The notes under the pieces were generated by a model, which did not search any database, was not told where the DNA came from, and saw only the letters and a program-made list of their open reading frames with translations. From contig CAYZYX010000020.1 in NCBI GenBank assembly GCA_964482715.1, positions 1 through 33,781 of the forward strand: a stretch of DNA of 33,781 bases, written 5' to 3'. The stretch is from an uncultured Clostridia bacterium. Its GTDB lineage: Bacteria > Aerophobota > Aerophobia > Aerophobales > B3-G15. This document shows positions 1 through 7,496 of this stretch, one piece after another. Within the stretch, counting starts at the first letter, position 1; each line of letters starts with the position of its first letter. The position numbers and the translations under genes are program-made.

Positions 1-180
1 TCTTTGTCGCTTAGTTCAATGCACCTCCATGGAAAAAGGTAGTAATGCCACTCAGTATCCACCAAAAATTGAACAATTACCAAAAGTACCTGTCCCTTGA
101 CAGGTTAAAGTGGGAAAGTACCCATTATATTAACAATCTCTCCATTTCTCAATCACACATATTATTATGAACCACAAGTG

Positions 181-209
181 TTGACTTTAAGCAAGAACTT
201 ATTTATATT
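181..209 (+). promoter_or_regulatory. Putative sigma70 promoter upstream of tRNA-Arg
   Basis: TTGACT (181-186), 17-nt spacer, TATATT (204-209). Confidence 0.45.
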
Positions 210-346
210 ATAAACAGTAAAAAGCAAGGGAAAAAGAGAAGTGCCTATAAATAATTTAGTATTATATATTGAGAGAGTTAAAAACAACAGCAAAGAGTGA
301 CGATGTTTTTAGTGACAAAGATGGCTCTCTTTTTCAAATTCAGGTT

Positions 347-423
347 GCGCCTGTAGCTCAGAAGGACAGAGCAGCGGCCTCCTAAGCCGCGGGTCGTGGG
401 TTCGAATCCCGCCAGGCGCACCA
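347..423 (+). tRNA. tRNA-Arg (anticodon CCU)
   Basis: Cloverleaf: acceptor GCGCCTG/CAGGCGC, D-arm GCTC/GAGC, anticodon stem GCGGC/GCCGC with loop CT-CCT-AA, T-loop TTCGAAT, encoded 3' CCA. Confidence 0.97.
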
Positions 424-425
424 TT

Positions 426-2126
426 TTATTTTTGTTCAACCATCTCCTGGGCTAATTTGAGTGCCTCTTCTTTTTGCCTGATTTTACCAGCGATTTGTGC
501 CTCGTGTATTTTCTTCAAAATTTTTGATATCTGAGGACCAGCCGGTATTCCCAGCGTATTGATAAGTTCTTCTCCGGATACTAATTTGGGAGGATTTAAA
601 ATTACTGAACGTTTCTTGAAAAAAACTGAAAGTATTTCAACAAGGGCTCTCATCCAGACTGAACCCTCAGGTTGAGCAGCAATTGCTGTAAGACAGATCT
701 CCACCGTTTCTTTCCCTGATAGGGAAAAAAATTCACATATTTTGGTGGAGTCAGGAGACTGGTCCTTCAATTTTTGCAACACAGGAGTAAGATTTGTGAT
801 CTTTTGAATAAATTTTACCTCTTTGTTCCCCAGTTTTAATGCTTTGTGTGCTGTTTCTACCAATTTCTCGTTTTTTTCAAAAGAGAAGATTAAATTGATT
901 AATCTTAAAAGTTGTATTCTGCTTCTGTGTCCCACTTTTTCTTGCAAGTGATCAAGAATTGGCGGTTTTAATGAGTAAAGCGGAGACTCTTCGGAGTTTA
1001 AGATCTTTTCAAGGCGAATCAAATTTTCCGGATAGCAAGGTAAATTCAATATTTCTTCAAACAACTTCCGAGCACAGGGTTGGTTTATGTGTTCACTACT
1101 GGATGAATAACTTAAAATAAGGAAGATTTCTTCCTTAATTCTCTCTCTGGCAACCTGATTTATGAGCTTATATTTATGAAGTATCATATCCAGGGTTCCT
1201 TCGTCGAGTTCAAAATCAAATTGTGTCTGGAGCCGAAAAGCTTTTAACATTCGCAAGGGGTCAACATCAAAAGCCTCAGGACTGACCAGCCTTATCTTAC
1301 CATTTAAGAGATCTTCCAGGCCATCTTTGAGGTCAATAAGACACAAATTGGGGCTTTCTACGTAATCCAGATCAAGGGCAAGAGCATCAATAGTAAAATC
1401 TCTTCTTTTCAAGTCAGATTTAATGTTCGTTTTTTTTAGGGTAAAGTCTAACTGATATCCATTCGGAAGAACAACCCTTACCAGATTTTCGTCTAAATAA
1501 ATGGGAGAGCTCTGATAACTGTGGGCAAATGGTTCTATTAATTTAAAGTCAGCACTATCCAGGATAAAATCAAAATCTCTACTTTCCCTGCCCAGAAGAC
1601 TGTCTCTTATAAATCCTCCCACGAGATATATCTTTTCACTTTGCTTAAATTTAATAAGAGAACTCAGGATAGGGTCATTTAGTCTTTTCTTAAGGTAGGT
1701 CCATTGGAGGGAACCATCTATGGCCCTTTCTCTGCGGATTCTATCTAATATTCCATTGACAAACTTCCCCGAATCAGAGGTCCCGTAACGCTTTGCTATT
1801 TCTACCGCTTCATTTATGCTCACTATTGAAGGTATATCTTCAACGAGGAGAAGTTCGTATATGCTGAATCGCAGGATATTTCGGTCAACAACGGCCATCC
1901 TTTCCAGAGTCCAGTTTTTGGCATAGGTCTTAATGAGCTCATCAATGCAGGGAAGATAATTTTCTGTTCCTTTTACGATCCTTCTGGAAAAATCTTCTAC
2001 CTCTTGTCTGAAGTGATATCTGGATAGAAGTTCCTTTAGAGATTGAGAGGGAGAAATTTCCCTGACATCAGCCTGATAGAGAGTCTGTAGTGTAAATTCT
2101 CTGGCCTTGCGTCTGTTTTTCATCAC
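426..2126 (-). CDS. nusB: Fusion: N-terminal transcription antitermination factor NusB + class II tRNA nucleotidyltransferase (CC-adding-like)
   Basis: aa 1-132 show NusB motifs (RRKARE..LQTLYQ, WTLERMAVVDRNILR, INEAVEIAKRYG, FVNGILD). From aa ~166: LVGGFIRD..DFDF, DLKRRDFTIDALA, GLEDL..KIR, DPLRMLKAFR, ERIKEE, C-terminal GEEL..LGIPAGPQI. Confidence 0.9.
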   Translation of the reverse strand: MMKNRRKAREFTLQTLYQADVREISPSQSLKELLSRYHFRQEVEDFSRRIVKGTENYLPCIDELIKTYAKNWTLERMAVVDRNILRFSIYELLLVEDIPSIVSINEAVEIAKRYGTSDSGKFVNGILDRIRRERAIDGSLQWTYLKKRLNDPILSSLIKFKQSEKIYLVGGFIRDSLLGRESRDFDFILDSADFKLIEPFAHSYQSSPIYLDENLVRVVLPNGYQLDFTLKKTNIKSDLKRRDFTIDALALDLDYVESPNLCLIDLKDGLEDLLNGKIRLVSPEAFDVDPLRMLKAFRLQTQFDFELDEGTLDMILHKYKLINQVARERIKEEIFLILSYSSSSEHINQPCARKLFEEILNLPCYPENLIRLEKILNSEESPLYSLKPPILDHLQEKVGHRSRIQLLRLINLIFSFEKNEKLVETAHKALKLGNKEVKFIQKITNLTPVLQKLKDQSPDSTKICEFFSLSGKETVEICLTAIAAQPEGSVWMRALVEILSVFFKKRSVILNPPKLVSGEELINTLGIPAGPQISKILKKIHEAQIAGKIRQKEEALKLAQEMVEQK

Positions 2127-2201
2127 CGGAACCTTTCACTTTTTATGTTAAAAGAACGTTTGGAAAAATTATGGAGTTCCAACAAAAGTCTGGATGGAAA
2201 T

Positions 2202-2283
2202 AACTTAATACACATTATTCAGTTTGTCAATAGGCCTTATTTTTCAAGAAGTTTCTTGACACTTTTTTTTATCCTGCTATTCT
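2202..2283. promoter_or_regulatory. Back-to-back divergent sigma70 promoters
   Basis: Minus: TTGACA (2230-2225), 17 nt, TAAGTT toward nusB fusion. Plus: TTGACA (2256-2261), 16 nt, TGn-TATTCT (2278-2283) toward phosphatase. Confidence 0.5.
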
Positions 2284-2319
2284 CCTTTGAGAACCTAAAC
2301 TAACAGCAGGGAGTATAAA

Positions 2320-3240
2320 ATGGATCCTTTGCAACTTGCTCGGGAAGCCTCTATCTCAACTTTTTTGGAGATGCAATCACTTTTAAAAGAAGCAATCCAT
2401 AAACTGAGAACAGAAAAAGAAAAGAGTAAAATTGGTATCCATAAGCTAAAAGGAGGTCTTGTTGAACTTAGTACTCGGGGGAGAGCTATCGTTGTGGGAG
2501 ACCTTCATGGAGATCTGGAAAGTCTTATAACTGTTCTCTCAAGAAGCCAGTTTATGAAAAAAACTCGGGAAAATGAAACCTATCTGGTATTTCTGGGAGA
2601 TTATGGAGATAGAGGGGAAGAAACACTCGAGGTTTATTGGGTAGTTTTAAAGTTGAAACTGATTTTTCCAGAAAATGTAGTCCTTCTGCGTGGAAATCAT
2701 GAGGGACCTCCAGACTTAGGGGTTCACCCCTTTGATTTACCCTATTTTTTAAGACAAAAGTATGGACCCAAATGGCAGGAGCTTTTTCCTTTATTTCCTG
2801 AGCTATTCAATACTCTTCCTTACGCTGTTTTTGTTCCCGAGAGATATCTTTTGGTTCATGGAGGACTTCCGGTAAATATTAGTTCCATTGAAGATATAGA
2901 AAAGGCTTTCTCCAACCATCCGACTAAAGACCATTTAACCCAGATTCTCTGGAATGATCCCGGAGAAATTGAAGGGTTCCTTCCATCTCCTCGAGGTGCG
3001 GGAGTGATTTTTGGGAGAGATGTATCGGAAAACATTTTAAAAAAATTAAAGGTAAAAACGCTTATCCGAAGCCATGAACCCTGTAATGGCGTTATGGTGG
3101 CTCACCAGGGAAAAGTGTTAACCCTTTTTTCTCGTAAGGGTGCTCCTTACTATAATGATCAGGCAGCCTACCTTACTATTGATCTCTCTGCTCCAGCTAA
3201 AGATGCCTTTCAACTTGCCCGGGAAGCACATCTGTTTTAG
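2320..3240 (+). CDS. PPP-family Ser/Thr protein phosphatase (calcineurin-like metallophosphoesterase)
   Basis: GDLHG, GDYGDRG, LRGNHE, HGG, LWNDP, SPRGAG..FG, IRSHE, TLFS motifs; RBS AGGGAG upstream. Confidence 0.92.
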   Translation: MDPLQLAREASISTFLEMQSLLKEAIHKLRTEKEKSKIGIHKLKGGLVELSTRGRAIVVGDLHGDLESLITVLSRSQFMKKTRENETYLVFLGDYGDRGEETLEVYWVVLKLKLIFPENVVLLRGNHEGPPDLGVHPFDLPYFLRQKYGPKWQELFPLFPELFNTLPYAVFVPERYLLVHGGLPVNISSIEDIEKAFSNHPTKDHLTQILWNDPGEIEGFLPSPRGAGVIFGRDVSENILKKLKVKTLIRSHEPCNGVMVAHQGKVLTLFSRKGAPYYNDQAAYLTIDLSAPAKDAFQLAREAHLF

Positions 3241-3260
3241 TAGTTCAAAATGGCGTGGAC

Positions 3261-3289
3261 TTGCTCACATCTTTCTTTTATGCTAAACT
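3261..3289 (+). promoter_or_regulatory. Putative extended -10 promoter of the AAA+ ATPase operon
   Basis: TTGCTC (3261-3266), 17 nt, TGn-TAAACT (3284-3289); RBS GAGGAG before ATG 3318. Confidence 0.4.
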
Positions 3290-3317
3290 ATAACAAAAAT
3301 TAACCAGAGGAGAAAGT

Positions 3318-5129
3318 ATGAATTACCCCGAATTGATACAGAGAATAAGAAAACTTCCTTCACCTAAAATATATAAAAATTCTACCGAAGTCTGCCGGGT
3401 AAAAGGGGTTTCTCTTAATTTATGGGATGTGATCACGGCAGCTGTTATCTCAGGATTGAACATCCTTATCGTGGGTGAAAAGGGAGAGGGTAAAACTCAG
3501 TTAGCTCTGGAAATAAACAACACCTATTTTGGAGGAAGGGGTACCTTTATCAGAGCTCACCCTGATTTAAAAACGAGAGATATATATACGGCTCTCAGTC
3601 TGGAGAAACTGTCTTCAGCGCGTGGAGATACCCACGAGGCTTTGAAAATAGTAGAGTCGGTGAGAAATCCCCTCACCATACTTGATGAAATAAACAGAGT
3701 TCCCCAGATAACTCAAAATCAGGCACTTTCAATTTTAGATGGATACATAACTGTTCCCGAGCGAAACGAAAACGTGTTCTTTGGAATTGATGGTTTTCAT
3801 ATCGGGGTAGCCACTGCCAATCTGGGGAGAAGTTATTCGGGAATTTTTCCTTTTGATCCTGCTTATCTTGATCGTTCACATCTTATTATCAATGTGGATA
3901 ACTTTCCGCCCACCACTACTGATCTTATTAAGATTCAGCAGCAGGACATAAACCCTCGTCTGGAAAAACCTGATCAGGAAGACTGCACTGATGAAATAGT
4001 TGCTATATGGAAAAGTTTGAGCGAAATGAGTCTTGCCCTTGATGGTTTAATAGCAGACCTCTACCTGAAAAAGAATCTTGACTTTTGTGTTAAATCTCCA
4101 ACAAAAAGAAAAAGCACTGTCAGGGATGATATTCCCAATATGTGTCAGGGTTGTTCTTCGGAGGGGAGGGAAGGGGGGTTATCCGAAGTTTGTGGATACG
4201 TTGTTCCCACCAGTACTCGTTCATTTAAAGCATACAAAGCTCTTGCTTTTGGACTTTGTGCCGTAGCTGATGCTAAATCCACTAATCCTACACCAGCTCT
4301 TCCCGGATACGCTGAAGTCCTGGAGGCTTTCAGAATTACAGGCCCTTATTCTGGAATACTCGATTCTGCCTGGATAAGACGTGACCATCACGGAAATCCT
4401 TATCTGGCTGTTGATTTTCTTTATCATCGGATTAAAGAAGACTTGGAGGCAAGGATTGATTATATTAAAAAGGGTTTCTCTGATGCTATTGCTGGAAGGC
4501 TTACACGAGATTCTATAGAGGCTCTGGGCGAAGAGTGGTTCTGGCTGGAAGAGATATTAAACGAAATAAACCTCATAGCCAGAAATAGTTCGGGAAGATT
4601 GGTTGAAGAGATTAAAAGCAGGAAGATACTTTATACTCAGGATTTCTGGATTGCAAGCCTCCTGCATCCGGATCAGACGCTTTTTGGTGAGAGTATCACT
4701 CAGTTAACCTACGGACAGGATATGGGAGAAAAGATAAGAGAAAAGCTGGACAGTATGTACGGTATAGCTTTCGCTACAGAAGATGGAATCTACATCTGGT
4801 ATGAAGGTATGAATGAACCTAAAAGAATATTTGAACTTCCCAGAGAGAGATTTAAAAAGAAAGAGATAAAAGGTCTTGCTTTTGTAAGAGGGAAACTTCT
4901 TTTTGCCATAGGAAATGAAATCTATGATATTGATAATCCAGAGGTTCCTCTCCTTAGTACCTCAAGCCCCGTTCAGGCTTTAACTCAAAGTGGAGACGTC
5001 CTGTTGGGAGCCGAAGAGGCTAAAATCTGGGTTTCCCGTGAAGGGAGAAAACGAGAGATTATGATTCCCTGGCAGAAAAAAGTTACAGCTGTTCTCTCGG
5101 CTCCCGTATATAAACTAAAGAGATTTTAG
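3318..5129 (+). CDS. MoxR-like AAA+ ATPase with Cys cluster and C-terminal beta-rich extension
   Basis: Walker A GEKGEGKT, Walker B ILDEINR, sensor ATANLG, DPAYLDRS (Arg finger); VWA gene starts 2 bp after its stop. Confidence 0.85.
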   Translation: MNYPELIQRIRKLPSPKIYKNSTEVCRVKGVSLNLWDVITAAVISGLNILIVGEKGEGKTQLALEINNTYFGGRGTFIRAHPDLKTRDIYTALSLEKLSSARGDTHEALKIVESVRNPLTILDEINRVPQITQNQALSILDGYITVPERNENVFFGIDGFHIGVATANLGRSYSGIFPFDPAYLDRSHLIINVDNFPPTTTDLIKIQQQDINPRLEKPDQEDCTDEIVAIWKSLSEMSLALDGLIADLYLKKNLDFCVKSPTKRKSTVRDDIPNMCQGCSSEGREGGLSEVCGYVVPTSTRSFKAYKALAFGLCAVADAKSTNPTPALPGYAEVLEAFRITGPYSGILDSAWIRRDHHGNPYLAVDFLYHRIKEDLEARIDYIKKGFSDAIAGRLTRDSIEALGEEWFWLEEILNEINLIARNSSGRLVEEIKSRKILYTQDFWIASLLHPDQTLFGESITQLTYGQDMGEKIREKLDSMYGIAFATEDGIYIWYEGMNEPKRIFELPRERFKKKEIKGLAFVRGKLLFAIGNEIYDIDNPEVPLLSTSSPVQALTQSGDVLLGAEEAKIWVSREGRKREIMIPWQKKVTAVLSAPVYKLKRF

Positions 5130-5131
5130 GT

Positions 5132-7009
5132 ATGGATTATAGAACCCTCCAGTATGAACTTACCGGTATAAATAATTTACTTGGTCTCAGTGAGGATTCA
5201 GTCAAAGTTTTACCGGTAAAACCTTCCCGTGGTCACATTGAGGTAAGATTAATTTCTTCTCTGCGTCAGATGCAGATAAATATAGATGAAGACTGGAATA
5301 TAAATCGAGACCCTGACCTGAGTCTCTACCTTAGTAAAAGTTATCACGATCATCCTCTTTTTGAGATGAGTAGAGACCTCCTCTGCAACAACATAGCCCA
5401 TGAGCAGTTCTGTCCAGGTTCTATTGAATATCATCATAAACTCATGGATGTTGTGGCCAAAATCCTGGAAAAGAAAGGAAAAGCCTCTCAAACTTCCTAT
5501 GTGTGCCATAGTTTGGAGGATATAATTGCCAATACCTGGTGTAAGCTCAATTTTGGGCATTTTAAGGGCATGGTAATATTTTTTTATGATCAACTTTCCA
5601 TTCCTTCGGATAATTTATCCGCATTTTCTTTACTGGGAAAAATACTTAAGATTATTCCCGCTCATCGGAAAATAAGTACTCCTTATGAAGTTTTTCTCCG
5701 GGTAAATCTTGCTCTCTGGGGAGAAGAAGATGATTTCTCATTTTTGGGAAGATTTTTTTCCCACCGCAGAGAAGTTGAAGAGAGAGTAAATAGGATTCTT
5801 GATATATTCCGTTTGCAAGACAGCGTTACTCTGGAGGAAAAGGTAGAGGTTCTTTCTGATAGGTCGCGATGGGAAAAAATTGTTCAGAGATTTTCTCTTT
5901 TAATGGCGGACTTATTGGATGAAGAATGTCCAGAGAAACTGAGTTGTGAAAATTGGTTTGAAAAGGAAATAATGAACGAAGAAACAAGAAAAAGATTTAT
6001 CAAAAAAATGTACGAACAGGGTAAAGAAAAGCCTCATTATGTTAATAGTCTGGAGATCACCAAGACTCTTTATGAAATCCTCTCACCCGAGATTCCCATC
6101 CAGGTTGATACCGAGAGAAGAGGAAGAGCTATGCCCGTTGTGCCTTTTAACTATGACCCCTTTGATCCTGCAGTTCACTCTCGAGAAGATATAGATCTTG
6201 GAGGTGTATTGATAGACCCGGAAAGTCCTTTTTTCAAAATGGTCAATTTTCGTGTTCCGAGATACCATTATGATCTTTTTATTCCCTACAGGGCTGAGCG
6301 AAAGGGGGCTTTTCCGGACATATGCTTTCTTATTGATACCTCAGCTTCTATGGCTGATGATGTTGAAGGAAAGATTTCCATTCAGACTATTGGAATGGCA
6401 AAAAGACTTATAAAATCAAGATTTTACTTTGGAGAAGGGAGACATTCCTGGAGTGATAAGAGTAAGTACCACCATGTTTTACTGGGATTCAATGGTGCAA
6501 TTAAATGGCTTCAGTCTCATGGAATAGCTCCCTATATCCGTTACAATGTAATCACTTTCTCTCGGGATACTCTCACCAGTGGTTGGAGGGAATATTCCGA
6601 ACTTGATGAATGCAAAAAAATAGCTTATTTACCTCAATTTGATACGACTCTGATTGATTACAGGGTTATTGAACAACAGCTTTTAAGGAGAGAGCCTTTT
6701 GTGCTTATTATACTCTCAGATGGAGAGATCTTTAACTGGGATGATTCTACTAAAGCTTATTCTCCTCACCGTTTGAGGGATTTTATAAGAGGGATAAGAC
6801 CGGTGAAAAATCTTTTTAAACAAATAGTGGAAAACAACATGGTTTCCCATATTCAAATTAGCGAAGGTGATTTTAAACCTCGAATTTCCCAGTTGACCTG
6901 CCAGGATCTCTCTGATTGGGGAGCTGAGATATACAGGATAAACGATATAAATCGTCTGGAGTCTCTTATGATTAGAATAACCCGCAAAGTTATGATTCCC
7001 TATCTGTAA
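5132..7009 (+). CDS. VWA (MIDAS) domain protein, probable partner of the MoxR ATPase
   Basis: C-terminal DICFLIDTSASM (DxSxS), NVITFS, DTT, IILSDGEI motifs; about 390-aa N-terminal region. Confidence 0.82.
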   Translation: MDYRTLQYELTGINNLLGLSEDSVKVLPVKPSRGHIEVRLISSLRQMQINIDEDWNINRDPDLSLYLSKSYHDHPLFEMSRDLLCNNIAHEQFCPGSIEYHHKLMDVVAKILEKKGKASQTSYVCHSLEDIIANTWCKLNFGHFKGMVIFFYDQLSIPSDNLSAFSLLGKILKIIPAHRKISTPYEVFLRVNLALWGEEDDFSFLGRFFSHRREVEERVNRILDIFRLQDSVTLEEKVEVLSDRSRWEKIVQRFSLLMADLLDEECPEKLSCENWFEKEIMNEETRKRFIKKMYEQGKEKPHYVNSLEITKTLYEILSPEIPIQVDTERRGRAMPVVPFNYDPFDPAVHSREDIDLGGVLIDPESPFFKMVNFRVPRYHYDLFIPYRAERKGAFPDICFLIDTSASMADDVEGKISIQTIGMAKRLIKSRFYFGEGRHSWSDKSKYHHVLLGFNGAIKWLQSHGIAPYIRYNVITFSRDTLTSGWREYSELDECKKIAYLPQFDTTLIDYRVIEQQLLRREPFVLIILSDGEIFNWDDSTKAYSPHRLRDFIRGIRPVKNLFKQIVENNMVSHIQISEGDFKPRISQLTCQDLSDWGAEIYRINDINRLESLMIRITRKVMIPYL

Positions 7010-7031
7010 AATTTCGCCTGTGAGAATTTAC

Positions 7032-7487
7032 ATGAAAGTTAAAAAAGTAAAAGATTTTATGAACACTCAGATAGTAAGTATAAAAAGAGCTACACCGATT
7101 GGAGAAATTGCCCGCATTTTTCTCACCCATGGTTTTGACTTTTTACCTGTGGTCGATGAAGAAAATCATCTGCTGGGTGTAATTACTAAAAAGGATATTC
7201 TTGCTCCCTTTATTCCCGAGTACTTTGAACTTTTAGACAGCGTGGATTTTATTTCCGATTTCGGTTCACTGGAATCCTCTGTTACAGAGACTTTAGAACA
7301 CTTACTTGTGGCTGAAGATATAATGATAAAGGATCCCATAACTATTGATGAGGAAGCCTCTCTTTTTAAAGCCATAGCCTTAATATCTCATCATAAGGTC
7401 AGGCATCTTCCGGTGGTGAGGCAGGGAAAAATTGTGGGAATAGTTAGTCGGACTGATATTTTAAGAGCGATATTTGAAGACAAATAA
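7032..7487 (+). CDS. CBS-pair domain protein
   Basis: Two CBS repeats (VKDFM..LPVVDEENHLLGVITKKDIL; AEDIM..LPVVRQGKIVGIVSRTDIL). Start is ATG 7032 or GTG 7020. Confidence 0.92.
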   Translation: MKVKKVKDFMNTQIVSIKRATPIGEIARIFLTHGFDFLPVVDEENHLLGVITKKDILAPFIPEYFELLDSVDFISDFGSLESSVTETLEHLLVAEDIMIKDPITIDEEASLFKAIALISHHKVRHLPVVRQGKIVGIVSRTDILRAIFEDK

Positions 7488-7496
7488 AATAAAGAG

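Noticed and set aside
83-122. Hairpin ACCTGTC-CCTT-GACAGGT with a repeated AAAGTACC
   Set aside because: Only a 7-bp stem and 8-bp repeat at the window edge; no recognisable riboswitch, terminator tail or array.
4148-4178. G-run cluster resembling a G-quadruplex in the ATPase gene
   Set aside because: Explained by Gly/Glu/Arg codons (EGREGG) in a loop; first loop is long; no further support.
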